A stretch of 64,000 nucleotides of DNA from Cetorhinus maximus (Eukaryota), in contig NC_135889.1 of NCBI RefSeq assembly GCF_964194155.1, positions 97,154,001 to 97,218,000 on the forward strand, written 5' to 3'. A model generated the notes under the pieces. It made no database searches, was not told the origin of the DNA, and was given only the letters and a program-made list of their open reading frames with translations. The first letter of the stretch is position 1, and every line of letters begins with the position of its first letter. The position numbers and the translations under genes were made by a program. This document shows positions 1 through 13,361 of this stretch, piece by piece.

Positions 1-354
1 CCTTCCCCATCGAGAGGTTGTGTGCATGGTCACCTACCACTGCCCCCATCCCCATCCTAGGGAAGCTTCACATAATCCCCCCCACCTCTGACCCCTGCCC
101 CAACTTTATTATATTTTCTCCAAATACAGGTTGCAGATGCATCCCATTACCATGAATATACCATCTGCAGCCCAATACAGAGACAGGCAAGGCTATGGAT
201 AGCGCCTGTGAGCCAGCCCTGCACACCAAGCTGTTCATTATTCCTACTGAGCACACAGACATTGTCCCTCTCTGGAGCTCCCAATGATTACTCCTGCAGC
301 ATATCCCCTGTAGTCCATGACTGTCTCCACTGTCTGACTGTTGACTGTGAGGTT

Positions 355-588
355 CACAAAGCCCCAGGGGTGCCTCTGCTCTCTGACTACTTTCCACAAA
401 GCCCCAGGGGTGTCTCTGCTCTCTGACAACTTTCCACAAAGCCCCAGGGGTGTCTCTGCTCTCTGACCGAACTCCACAAAGCCCCAGGGGTGCCTCTGCT
501 CTCTGACTACTTTCCAGAAAGCCCCAGGGGTGTCTCTGCTCTCTGACTACTTTCCACAAAGCCCCAGAGGCGTTTGCACTTTCTGACT
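355..588. repeat. Minisatellite, 40-bp unit, ~5.8 copies
   Basis: GCCCCAG(G/A)GG recurs at 361, 401, 441, 481, 521 and 561; unit GCCCCAGGGGTGYCTCTGCTCTCTGACTACTTTCCACAAA. Confidence 0.95.
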
Positions 589-2324
589 CATGCCTGCAAG
601 ACCAAAACCAGGGACTTTGACTTCCACATCATTGCCCATTGCCCTGATGACTGAAGACTGCACTGTCTCCCTTCCCAAACCCACCCCTGCCCCACCCTTA
701 TTAGTCTGCGTGCGACTCTTCCCTCTTGTGGCACACTAACAACAACCCTCACTTTCCTGTTGCAGAGTCTGTATTCATCCCTTCTTATTCATACATGTGG
801 TTTCCCTTTCACCTCCCTTGTTTGTTAACATCTTTCTTACCCTTATTGGGCTCCAGATTCCCACTTCTCAAGCTGCCTTCGCTTCCCATCCTTCGCCATT
901 GCCCCCTATGTGTTTATCCGTCCTCACCATAGTCCTCCTCCCAACCAAACCCTTTCCCTGGTCCATATGCTGGTTTCTGACTTCTAGCCCTGTCTGAGTA
1001 CCACTGCACAGTGCTGTCCTTCTGGTTAATGGTAGCACCCACCAGGAGCAGGCCACTCAAACCCTCCCCCTGGTCGCAATACTGGTCTGTATCTGAAAGT
1101 TGAGCCCTGCCTGAGCCCTGCTGCACAGTGGTGTCCTTGTGACCATGGAGGCAAGCACTGGGAGGAGAGCAAACCTCTAGCCCCAGCAGTGCAGCATTCC
1201 ACTGGTATGGCAATGAGACCGGTGCAGAGCTTTTGGAAGGTCAGCTACTTGTGTTGCACTCACCTCAAAGTCGCAAGCGAAGTGAGGCCTGACGTGTACA
1301 TGCCACCCCTTTTCAAACAAAGATTCAGACTGATGTGATTTCCTGGTGGAGTGAGGCAAGATTGGAAGGCGGCATGTGGTTGTGGCGAGAAGCTAATTTA
1401 ATGAGCATTCATGAGATGTTAATGAATGCAAATAAAATTCATGCCACTCGTCAGCGGGATACCCAGCCTGCCATTAACCTGCCATTGGGAGAATCGCAAA
1501 CTATTTTTATGCCAGCGGGTTTCCAACTTTTTGCCTGCCGCTGGATTCTCCACTGCCATCCGCCACCATGGACAGGATGGGAAAATTCCACCCATAGTCT
1601 GTCTGAAAAGGTCAAAGGACAGATAAGAACCAATTTCTGGGGGGAGAAACACACTGGGAATTTCATCTGCAACCCTTCGAGGCAATCAAAATTAGTCCAG
1701 GAAATGATTCTGTCCCTGATAATTCAATAAGGTAAATCCCTTCTAGTTTTATAAAAGCTGATCACTGCCCTGGCTCGAAATGTATAACTTTCACTTGAAA
1801 GAATTCAATGAATTGGTATCCACCATTAGACCTAACTGATTGTGATTGCAGGGTCTGGAGAGAGCAGCAGTCATTTAAGACTGTGCATTTCCCCCGCAGG
1901 ATACAGGCTGCAGAAAAAGACATGTAAACATCTAGAATTTGATACAATATGAAGATTAGGAATGGCCATAACTGGCTTCTAAATTGGACTAGTAGACAGG
2001 AATGGAAAAGCAGAGTTCTTTAGTGGGTTAAGCGGAACATATATGGTTTCTATTGCTTTTTTCAATCTCTTCAGCAGCTACTGTTTTCCTCATAAGAAAT
2101 CCATAACACAATTAATTATGATAGAATGCAGCTTGAGCAGATCACAGTAAACAGTATGTTTCTTTTGCTGCAGGGGCTGCAAGCTAGGAGACAGTGAAAG
2201 GCACTGCTGAGGAGCAACACTTTGCAGTCCACTCTCACACAGCTGGAAAGAAATGTAATTCACCCTCTCTTTTTCACACATAATAGCTTAGGACATCTAG
2301 AGGTACAGATAGTGTAGAATGCTG

Positions 2325-2918
2325 GTATCACGGAAATTTACAGCACAGAGGGAGACCATTCAGCCCATTGTGCCTGTGCCAGCTGAAAAACAGCTATCAG
2401 CGAAATCACACTTTCCAGCAATTGTTCCATAGCCTTGTAGACTACAATACTTCAAGGCATATCCAAGCATTTTTTAAACGTGATGAGTCTCTCTGCCTCT
2501 ACCAACCTTCTGAGCAATGTGTTCCAGGCCCACACCACCCTCTGGGTAAATGATTTTCTCAATTCCCCTCTAATCCTTCTACCGTTTATTTTAGATCTAT
2601 GTCCCCTGGTATTGACATGCCAGCTCAAGGAAATAGGACTTTTCAATCCACTCTAAATTAGGCCTCCTGCAATTTCATGCAACTCAATTGATCCTCCCTC
2701 AGTCTCATCTGCCCAAAGAAAGCAACCCCATTCTTCCCTCTTGGCTAAATTTTATAGTCCTGGCTAAATCCTTGTATATCTCCTCTGTGCTCTTTCCGGT
2801 GTGACCACATCCTTTCTGCATTCTAGTGACCAGCACTGTACACAGCAGCCTAGCTGCAACCTAATTAGTGTTTTGCACAGTTCCAGCATTACCTCATTGC
2901 CTTTATATTCTATGCATC
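2325..2918 (-). mobile_element. CR1 LINE 3' fragment
   Basis: Reverse complement shows the RT C-terminal region (IEYKGNEVMLELCKTLIRLQL) and a CR1-type 3' tail. Confidence 0.8.
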
Positions 2919-2924
2919 AGCATA

Positions 2925-3448
2925 TAATTTCCAATTCTGGACAACACACTTTAGCAAGAATGTAAGGGCCTTAGAGAGGGTTCAGAGAAGATTTATCAGG
3001 ATGATATCATGGATATTAGGGCCTTCAATATATGGAGAGTCTAGAGAAACTGGGATTGTTCCACTTAGAGCATAGGTGGTTAAGGAGAGATTTAATAGAG
3101 GTGTTCAAAATTATGAGGAGTTTTCACAGAGTAGATAGGAAAAAACTGTCCCCACTGGCAGTTGGTTTGATAACCAAAGGACACAGATTTAAAATAATTA
3201 GCAAAAAATCCTGGCGTGAAATGAAGAGAATTTTTTAATGCAGTTGTTAGGATCTGGAATGCATTACTTGAGAGGGTGGTGAAAGCAGTAATTTTCAAAG
3301 GGGAAATGGATATATGCTAAAAGGATCAAATAGGAAAGCAATGGTGTAAAAGGAGCGGAGTTAGATTAATTGGATAGCTCTTTCAAAGAGCTAGCATGGA
3401 CATGATGGACCGAATGGCCTCCTTCTGTGCTGCAAATTTCTACGAATT
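2925..3448 (+). mobile_element. CR1 LINE 3' fragment
   Basis: LERVQRRF and LEKLGLFHLEHRWLRRDLIEVFKIM; tail ggaccgaatggcctccttctgtgctg. Confidence 0.88.
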
Positions 3449-4423
3449 TGGAGAAAGTGACAATTGCATAAAAGATCCAAGCAAGTCATTCAACTCATTA
3501 AGATTATATTGAAGGAGAGACTGCAGGTCTTAGAGGGCCTTCTGGAGATCTCATTGTCAACCAGATAATGAGGTATAATTGGCAACATCTCCGAAGGACC
3601 AACGGATATTTGGTTGAGTCTCTCCTCAAAATTGAAGGATTGTTCCGATTCCATGAGGTCCATTGTTCCAAAAAACACTTGTAATCAGAATCTTGTTCCT
3701 TGTACCAAGTAGGGAAGCCTGTACATGTGCCGTAAAAGCTGCACGATTAAATGGCAGAAACACAGAGGTCCGCTCCATGAGCCCCCCCCCGTAGAAGCTT
3801 TCATCTGTGCAGGACCAAGATGACAAACAGCCCATGCCCAACTATCAACCTGAGCCATAACCATCAGGACCCTGTGAGAAGGATCCATTTCAAGAGGTAC
3901 ATGCCCTTTTGTAGCAGTCAGCTACATCACTAGCCCAATGCCCCCAAATGGCATATGAGAGAAATGTTAGAACATGGTGCAAAAAAAACGTGCGTGGTCC
4001 CACGGAATGTGCACTGCCGACAAAAGCGAATGATCTTTTTATAAACAGTTGTAACAATAATCAGTGGAATATTTGATGTAAAAGTGGATGGTGCTTGATT
4101 CTCCTGCATGTCAATTGAGAACAGGTAATGTGTTGACTGAAGTTCAGAATTAGCATGTGATGGCTGGCTCAGAGGAGCAAGGATTTCACAGGGATTTTAG
4201 ACAGTTGGTGAGAGGAGCAGATTTTTAATGAGCTGAGACATCCAAATAGTCCTGCTCTAATCATCTGTGAAGATATGCCAAATTAATCTGTCTCTCAGCT
4301 GTCAAGCAAACATCATCACAGCGCAAGCTTCCTGTTCTTCCATGGGCCAGGTACAAATCATCAGCAGCATTACCTTCAGGCTTCTGGCAGGCTCTGAGAC
4401 ATCTACTGTCAGTCTATAGCTGA

Positions 4424-5178
4424 ATAATTGTGAAATCCACAACATGCTATCACTATTTATGAAGTGGTGCCCTGCTTATGCTCCATGGCACTTTAAGACT
4501 GATCCAGACACTGGAAATTTCCTTTCAGGCTTCAAATGATTTGCTCAGTTTTTATCCTTGACTTCTCTTGTCACGTTCCTCAGCATTAGTGATAATTATA
4601 TGAAGAGATATCCCTGGTTATCCAGCAGCTAACCTAGTCATAGCCTTTGTTGTTAAAATAGTGCTGTAATGCTGGACTGATGAGTATAAATGCATCATAA
4701 AAGTTCCCAGGGTATTATGAATTCACATGCAAGAAGCTATGCCTGTCATTGCAAATGAGCCACATAGTTAGGGAAAGATGCTTTTGTGGTTTAAATAATC
4801 ATGGGAGTTCAGATTTAGGCCATACCATGCCACACAGCGGCAATCAATAGGCCTGACAACCTCGGGGAATCCAGTAATTCTGGAAATTGCAATGGCCCTC
4901 TCAGTCATTTATGCAGAAGAACTGTCAAATTGTATAAATTGTCCTGCTATGGCACAGAGAGCATCCGTGACTTTGCCTTAAAAAAGTATGCACATAAAGT
5001 TAGTGGATCTGGCATAAGTCTCCCATGGCTCCATGGACTGAGCCTGTGGCATAGAAATTGAGAGCTGTGGTCACTTTGTTTAGTGCAGTTTGAATTATCG
5101 CTCTCATGGCCCTTGGTTGCAGGTTTGACTGCCACAGTAAAATGAACTCCTCTGATGCTTCATGACTGAAGTACTGCT
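4424..5178 (-). pseudogene. Decayed PIF/Harbinger (HARBI1-like) DDE transposase
   Basis: Manual minus-strand translation across stops and frameshifts gives ordered motifs: KVTTALNFYATGS, GDLCQI, VTDAL, FIQF, ITGFPEVVRPIDC, YLNHK, LICND, YPGNFYDAFIL, LLDNQGY, TNAEER, LKGNFQCLDQS, IVIACCGFHN. Confidence 0.88.
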
Positions 5179-5958
5179 TCCTAAGGCTGTGTCTGATGTT
5201 TAATATTCAAGCCTGAAGCATGAGGGCAATCTTTACAATTAATTTTTGAATTAACTAACTGTTCATTACTTTTACTCAGACTGTCAAGGCTACTTGACAT
5301 TCGATTAAAACAGACTAATAACGAGTTTGTTACGTTGGAAATAACCAGTTTTTCATTGTCTGGACAAAACAACCTATTTAAAATCATTTACTCTAAAGAA
5401 ATTGAAATAACTTCACAATGGCTGAATGCTCTCATTGCTGTAAATATTTAGCTTAAGTGCTTAATTTGCCTGCTGTGGAATTTGGAGGTATTAAGGGATA
5501 GAAATAGCAATAATATTGAATATATGAACTTATATTAATATTCATATTGCCCTTTTCCTCACCTGTGAACTGACAATGTGGATTGCAGCAGCACATTATC
5601 ACATCAATCTGCAGTATTCATCTATCACATAGCCAATACTAAATCACCTGGCATTTTAATATATTGACATTGAATATTGGTAAATACAAAGTACCAATTA
5701 TCTTAAATCCCTTATATTTCCCACATAATCTATATTCTGACATCACTGAGCCTATTGAAAGTCTAGTCCATCAGTATGAATCTGGAAAATTATCCCTTTA
5801 TTCCCTTTTAATTGTATACATCCATCAGTTTTATGACTTAACTTTACATTAATTCATATGTGTGCATCTGCAATTATGATATCTGTATTAAGTTTTCATG
5901 TAGTGTTAATGCTACAACTTGAAATATAATGATGAGTGTTTTGGTTGGGGGGGGGTGG

Positions 5959-6644
5959 GGGGCGGATTTTATGGCCTCCAACCAGCGGAATTGAAGGCGG
6001 GGGCTCACATAAAATAAACAGGTGGCCAGCCCACTGCTTTTCCACCCGCCCCTGAGCTATTCCCATAACACAGTGGGTCAGCCCACTGGCCCCTAGTCGT
6101 ATTTCCAATTAAAGGCCACTTAAGGAGCTCATTCTGCCTCAACAGCAAGAATACGTTGGTGGGGGTGGGGGCACAGTGGGAGGGGCGGTGAGGCAGAAGG
6201 AAGGTAACCAGTCTGCAACTTTTAGCCTCGGGCTAAAAGGCTAAAACCTCCTTTGCTGGTCCCCTGTGCTCATCGGTGAGGAGGGTGGGGGGTGGGGGGT
6301 GGGGTCGGTGGGAGAGGGACTTACCTTGAAGTCCAGTATTCATCTTCTTTCTTCTCGGGACTCTTTGTATTCCCAGCAGTGACCACTACTGTGTTCTGGC
6401 ACTGCCGGAGCGACTCAGCTGTTAGCCAGTCAGATTGGCTGTCAGCTCTCGAGGGTATGATTTCCTGTGCCTGAAAGGCACATGTCCTACTCTTACCTTG
6501 TTAAGGCTGTCCCCGCCATATTATTGCTGCTGGGCAGCCCATTTTAAAGTTGGTGAGGTACTGACCGGCTTTTCGACTGTGGAGGGTGAGGGATATGCCT
6601 ACCACTTCCCCCAGCATCCCCCTGCCCCCCAGTAAAATTCACCC
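5959..6644. mobile_element. Putative old Harbinger-type MITE
   Basis: GC-rich block bounded by GGGGCGGATTTTA and TAAAATTCACCCC; shares the ggccacttaagg motif with 44496-45239. Confidence 0.5.
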
Positions 6645-9083
6645 CTTGGAGGTTAAATATAGATCAACAACGTTTTTTTGGAAAAACAGTCACCTGTCCC
6701 GAAATGATATGAGCTCCTATATCCGAAGAAGTAAATTGATCATTGTGCCACTGGCACCAATTGGGCAGCCATCTAAACTGTTGCATTTGCACACAGGGGA
6801 GCAGACCTGGCATCAGCACTTCAGTTTTGCTGCAAAATGTAAGTTCCTTTGTTGGAGCTCAGCTGCTTTGATGCTGAACACCGGAGCTTCTAATCTAGGA
6901 AGTGTGAGAGCTGGAAACATCCTGAAAGAGACAGTTTGACACTTGCCTCAAAAGCAGCTAATTCAGCCAGCAATTGTCGATTACAGACAGATTGGACAGT
7001 TGTATGCAACTCATCAGAACTTGGATGAAGATGTTTGTCTTGAAGGAAGGTGCTACATGAAAAGTCTCCAGAGAGAGTAAAAAAACTGCATGTGAAGACA
7101 TGTGCTAAGTAGGTGCAACTCACTTAATACCACCCATCCTAAACACTCAAACAGGCTTATCCTGTATATTTTCAGCTAGGGAAAAGAACACAAGCTGATC
7201 ATGCCTGGCAATACTGCAGTTTGGAAATATAAGCGACTATCTAAACCTGAAGTTGTAGCCAGTGAGAAATTATAAAGGGGATTGACACAGAACGCCCTTG
7301 TAAGACACCCTGCCTGCATGATTTACATTCACTTATTGTCAGACAAGTTGGACTGCAGCATGGAGAACAGTGTGAAATTGAATGTGCTGTCTAAAATCCA
7401 GTCCGCTTTTCTGTTTGCAGACAAAAAATTAAAACAATAAAAAGCACAGAACAACACTGAGGGGTTGGTCCCAAGAGTTCACTTGACTACCGTGGATATC
7501 CTTGGGCACAAGAGCATTTGTCATGTAGAATGAAGCTGAAAATTTCTCCCCAGCTCAGGAATAGTACCATCTTGCTCATGTCATGTCTTATCTTTTCACC
7601 TGCAGACATAAAAGCCTAGTGTCATTTACTAAACAAAAGATTGAACACAGTAGCTTTTATGTAGCTCTGTTTGAAGTTGTTTCTTGGAGGTGGCATTTTC
7701 TTACAATTTCCTATTCTGTTTTTTTTTTAATATGCCTGAGAAAACAGAATGCCAACACAGCCAGTCGCTCTGAACAAATTAGCACATCACACCACGTCGC
7801 ATCAGTCTAGTAATTTTAGCACGCACCAGCAGATCATTTACACCCACACCCTCTGAGGGATATAGATGGCGAGTTTAATATGTGGCACTGGGTGAAGCAC
7901 ATGAGCTGGAGAAAATGATAGATATTTACTTCTCATCTACCACTTACCACCTGCCCTTGCTTCAATATCCAGGGATTCTAACGTTACAGAACCTGTATCA
8001 GAGGAAGTGTCTACAGAAGTCACTTGACTCCCTGTAAAATACTCTGCAAGAACTGGCTAGGAATATGCCATATCTCTGTAGCTGTATTTTTGCAATTGTG
8101 AATGAATGGTTGTCTTCACTGTAATCTACGATGGAGTTTGTGACAAAATCAGATGGGCACAACTTTGTGACAGGGATTCAGACAGATTAAACAGTTCTGC
8201 ACAACCCATCAGAACTTGACAGAACAAACTTGAAAGGTGCTTTTAAAAGGCTTCAGGAAAAAGCCTAAAGAGATGCGCTAAGTATGCACAATTCACTAAT
8301 GCCACCCACCCCAAACACATATGGCTTCCCAGAGGTTTTATTTTGTGCTGCCCAAGGTAAACAGTGTGGTAGAGCATTCTGATTTGAGCGCAATTGGCGA
8401 TCCTAATGCAAATTGTGCCCAAAATTACAGCTGTTTTGAAAATTACCCATCCCCCCGCCCGGGTTATTACTCAAATTCATCAGTATGCACTGTTTCAAGT
8501 CATTTTTTGCAATCGGGCAGCATTTCAAAATGTAGTTTGTTTTAAAAAACCCGCTTGCAAAAATATTCCTTGCTATATTTGGTAAATTTTGGGAATACAG
8601 CTGACAATGGATTCATTTAAAAAAAAACATTTTAAACCACAGTATCAATCTACTACCCATGAGTAACCCAAATTTGAATTAGTGAAAGTGAAAATGACTT
8701 TAAAAAATACAGAACTATTTCCTAGTTAGATTATGGTATACTAGAATTCTTTTCAAACATTTCAAAATGTTCCTAATAGAGTCGTTATGCCCAAAGTTCC
8801 AAGCTAATTATTGGAGCCTCAAAGGCCTGCGAATGAGTGTAATTAGCGGGAACGCCCAATGGTGATTAACTCACAAAGAGTCATGGCCATGACAGAGTTT
8901 TTTGTGGACGTGACCTGCTTCTAGAGCAATGTTTTTCAAACTGGCACAAAGGATTGCAGAAACTTAAATTGCACAAATGCGATTTGCACTTAAAATTCTG
9001 TGATCTGTGCTGATTATACCAATATTGGAGGAATTGTGCCAATAAAAAAAACATTAAAAAGTACAATTGGGGGAAAACTCCAG

Positions 9084-9762
9084 CAACAGAATTTTTACCC
9101 CATCGGCCGGGTGTTGCGGGCAGGTGGGCCCGGGAGCGGCCGCGCAATGGACCGCCGTCCATGGTCGGGCCCCGACCACAATTTCACTCTGGCTGACCAG
9201 TCAGCCAACGTGAAACGCTCGCTGATAACCTCAGTGCTGCTGGGGTGGGGGCGGCAGGAGCGCGAGCGCTGAAGTTTGCGCATGCACGGCGAGTGCGCTC
9301 AGTGAAAGCTCCCTGAAGGCACAGAGCTGCCTCAGGGGGCTGAGGGTTTCCAACATTAAAAATAAAGAATTCAAAAATAAGGAAAACATGTCCCCTCTGT
9401 CACATGAGCAGGGACATGTTAAAAATGAGTTTAACATTTTTTTAAAAAATCACTGTTCGAAACCTCATCCCGCCCGTGGATGATGTTTCATTAAAAATGC
9501 AAAGGCTGCTTGGCCTATTCGCCCGCCTGCCAACCGAATGGTTGGGCGGGCAGCAAAAAATTTGATTTAATTAACTGATTAAGGGCCTCAATAGGCCTCT
9601 TAATTGTCGGCAGGTGCACTGCTGCCTCTCATGCGCGCCCACCGAGCAAAATATCTCAAGAGTGCGCGATGATGTCGGGACGTTCGCCCGACGTCATCAC
9701 ACACCATTTTACTCCTGTTCAGGTTGGGTATGCGCCTGCCCAACAAGGGAAAAATTTTGCCC
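9084..9762 (+). mobile_element. Hairpin-array MITE (family A), full length
   Basis: Ends caacagaatttt / aaaattttgccc; CAG on both flanks (TSD); internal hairpins shared with other copies. Confidence 0.85.
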
Positions 9763-9909
9763 CAGGTTTTTCATTTCACATCAACTTCTGACTTCATCTG
9801 TAGTATTATAGAGGCACATAATTATATTATTTGACATCAATGAATTCTGTCATTTGGCCCAATAAAGTCTGTTTTATTTAATTATTGATTTAAAGATAAT
9901 TTATGAAAT

Positions 9910-10725
9910 CATTTTCAGTAATGGTTTGTGTCAGAGAATTCACATTCTAACCACCTTCCGTGTAAAGATATTTTTCTAACCGTTTTAATTCTTCTTGTGT
10001 TGGCCCTAAATTTATGCCTTCTCATTAACATCTCACTGCTCAATGGAAACCATCTATGACTCTTCATAATCTTTCATAAGACATTTAATCAGGTCATTTT
10101 CTTCACTCTGATGAAAAGAGATAACATGACCTCCTCATCCCTGGTAACATCCAAATGAATCTACATTGCATCTTTTACATCAGTTTTATATTCTTCCTAT
10201 AACGGACTGATCAAAACTGTACACAATATTCCAGTGGGCTAAGATCTTGTACAAGTTCAACATTACTTTCCTTTTATATTGTGCCTCTGAGTATAAAATC
10301 ATTATATTTTTTACAGCCGTCATACTATGGCCTATGATGACCCATATAGATGTTCCTCTACTCTATTTAAAATATTACAATTTGAGGTATATTTTTCTCC
10401 TTATTCCTATTTGCAGATTGTATTACTTCACATGGTACCATCAGCAAACCTCAGTTCTCTAGTCTGCAAATAAACGTAGCCCCAGACTCCTGTGCAACAC
10501 CAGCCATCACTGCTTTCCATTTAAAAGAATATTATGTTATGCCTCCAACAATATTTCTATCCATTTCGAATGCCATCATCTTTGTCAAAAGTCTTTTATT
10601 TGGTGCCTTAAAAAGTGCTCATGAAAATCTTTATAAACCATATCCTCTTCTTTTTCTTTCATCAGAAGATTCTGTATGATTGATCAAGCATTATGTGCCT
10701 TTGAGAAATACAATCCTTTGCTGCC
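9910..10725 (-). mobile_element. Old, highly decayed CR1 fragment
   Basis: CR1 ORF2 antisense motifs such as cacattctaaccaccttccgtgtaaaga and atcaaaactgtacacaatattccagtg. Confidence 0.6.
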
Positions 10726-10921
10726 GTCAAGGAGTTGCATTCATAGGGGTTACAAGCCAGAGAATCAAGCATATGGTGTTATTCCATTCTCTGATCAGAG
10801 CTCTGTTCACTAGTGGTTTCACCACTGACCACGCAGGATTGCAAATGAACTGTATTTCCTCAACATCTGTCAATTTTTAAAAATAAATTAAAAAGCAATG
10901 AAAAAGGTGCTCATCGCTTAC

Positions 10922-11050
10922 CATTTTTGGCCTTGCAAATTTTGTTGTCTGGTTGCATCAAGTAACCTTCCACACAGCCACACATGTACGATCCATTGTT
11001 ATTTGTGCATATTTGGCTACAAGTTCCATAAACGCTGCATTCATCAAAAT
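10922..11050 (-). CDS. LRP1B: Internal coding exon (calcium-binding EGF module) of LRP1/LRP1B, equivalent to human exon 5; not in the ORF track
   Basis: Minus strand: acceptor cctctttcAG, 129-nt exon, donor G|GTAAGC; phase 1-1. Encodes (D)[42 protein letters not shown], with the DxDEC and C-x-N-x4-Y-x-C-x-C cbEGF motifs. Confidence 0.9.
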
Positions 11051-13361
11051 CTGAAAGAGGCAAGTAAGAAGTTGCTTCAATTTATACTGATGCTGCATGT
11101 CATATGATCATACCATGTAATTATATACAGAATAAGCAATATGATATGCCAGATCTGCATCCAAATCCAAAGGCTCTTTTTGAGTTTTTTAATGCCTTTA
11201 TTAAACCAACAAACTTGCTGATTAGAAAGTGACAGAACTACTTTGCTATTCCGAAAGCTGGAAATCAGCACTGCCTCAGGCAAGCACACAACTAATGGTC
11301 CAGATCATATGTTTTCAAGGTGGAGTTACTGAACCAAAGGAAATCATCTGTGTAATGATCCCAACGTCATGAGGATGCTGTACTTTTCTATACTTGTGGA
11401 TTTATTGACTTATATCTATTGCAGTACTGTATACTAATAGCTGGAACAGAAAAGCTTAAGAACTACCTGTTTAGGAGCGTGAGATTTAGTTTCTGACTGT
11501 TTATATATGCCAAATTCTACCTTTGCAAAATGAAGGGATTCTCTACAAATAGTACAGTACAGTACAAACAAAAAGTGTTGGAAACACTCAGCAGATCAGG
11601 TGGAGCAAATAAGTAAAGTCAGGGATAGGTTTGAGGGCGGAGGAGATTAAATTACAAAGATGTCATGCAACAACAGGCAAAAGAATGGGAATGGTAGTAG
11701 TAAAGGAACAATGCATTGGTCCAGGGTAGGTGTTAAGAGCAGAATAAAGGTCAGCACTGTCTGAAAGCAAAATAGCAGAATGTGTTATTGCTCCACCTGA
11801 CCCTCCCCTTTTTCAACAGCATAAAGCCCATCACATTTCTGCTGCTTTTCAGTTCTGAATGAAGACTCATATTAGACTTGAAACATTAACTCTGTTTCTG
11901 TCTGCACAGATGTTGCCAGACATGCTGAGTTTTTCCAGCACTTTTTTGTCTTTAGTTCAGATCCCCAGCATCTGCAGAATTCTGCTTTTATTTTAGTATA
12001 GTACAATAATTGCTTTCTACGTGGAACTCCCAAAAATTCTCAGTAGTTGGTCCTTGCCACTTAGAAACTTATGAAGATGTTGTTCTGGCAAATATGAAAT
12101 CTGTCACTTGCTTTATGCAATTGTGTACAACAGACTGACAGATTTAGCTAGTTTTCCCTGTGGTCACCTGGAAGGAACCTGTAACATAAAAAAAAACTAA
12201 TGCTGTTGTCTCCTTCACAGCTATAGGTAGCACATATCAATCTTTGCGGTAGTCTGAAAATTAGATTTCAGCAGGTAACAGGGCTTCATTACTCCTTCTC
12301 TGATGAAAGGAAGACATCAAAGAACATACTTAGGTCTGTAGACTAAGGTATTTGGCCACTGCTCAAAGTACACATAACCATTAAGGTGTCTTTTGCACCT
12401 GAAATTGCTCAGCCTTGTCCTTCATATTGAAGTCATCCAGTGTGATTGGAATCACTAAAAGGGTTCCTATCCTTTCACCTTGTTAGACTGCACTAAGCAA
12501 AAGCAGTTTCAGTAAAGGTCAACACTGCAAGCAACTATCTGTTGCAATGAGGGTTTCAGCAATTGAGTCCAAAAATGTATTCAGGACTGAATGTACAGGG
12601 AGGAGAAATTTTAGCTAACAGAACGTGCTGAAATTTTTCCCATAAACAAACCAACAATATAAGACCATTAAAAGGATCTTCTAAGCAACCTAATCTGACT
12701 GATGCACTGATTTATATGGATAAGGAATGCAATCTCAGTTGAATCTTGCTGATCAGGAAAACCACTGTGGGACCAGGTTACTATAATTTATGAAACAGAG
12801 TAATGCAGGCTTGTCGTGAGATGTGTTTCTTTTACCAGTAAAAGCCTACCTTGGGGAATCAGTCCTTTGGTAATTTAGGTGTACAAACCCATGGTCTAAT
12901 TTTGCAAATCCTATCCATTATCTGTGAGGCCCTACACTATAGGTGAAACTTTAATAAATGTACTTGCATGCAATTTTTGACTGTGCCAGCACTAGCACTG
13001 AGTAAAGCATTCCCAAGGGTATTTTAGACTTTTAAAACGCCATATTCCTAATTTGGTAATATATCTATCCTGTGCACCCATGCTTAGTGAAACTTCACAT
13101 GAGCTTATAAAAGCTTGCTTTTCATATTGACAGTTGCCCTTTCTATTTATTTTTGCCTCCAAACAAACACAAAGAAGGCACAAAAATTGTTTCCCCAGCA
13201 CAAACTGCATCTATTCTGGCTAAAATATGCGTTCAATGTTGCAATACTTCAGTTTTACTATTGCTTTATAATTGAGCAGTTGATTTTTGCAACATTAATA
13301 AAATAATTATTGCAACATGATAAATTCTACACAATACGAGAACATTTAAATGAGAACAAAC
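11051..13361 (-). other. GT-AG intron (2311 nt) between the two exons
   Basis: Canonical ends; splicing gives GAA G|AT TTT GAT GAA (E-D-F-D-E) in frame. Confidence 0.9.
11568..11994 (+). mobile_element. Penelope-like terminal-repeat insertion with 5' inversion and a decayed hammerhead motif
   Basis: TSD-like AGTACAGTACAA (11556) / AGTATAGTACAA (11995); inverted ends; AGTT-CTGAATGA...GAAAC-ATT-AACT at ~11851-11891. Confidence 0.7.

Noticed and set aside
355-588. CRISPR-like array
   Set aside because: Contiguous tandem units with no unique spacers, no cas genes and a vertebrate context.
868-1213. Third Myb remnant (PLTRRTALC) and a ~33-bp imperfect direct repeat
   Set aside because: A single short motif; no PRFS or tryptophan helix in register.
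5562-5647. Exon-like segment (AG...CAG|GTGAG) as the next LRP1B exon
   Set aside because: The frame I checked has a stop, the length does not fit, and there is no resemblance to the expected propeller-region exon, which probably lies left of the window.
6645-7130. Possible additional transposase remnant (PISEEV..., PGISTS...)
   Set aside because: Motifs are too weak and no catalytic motifs follow.
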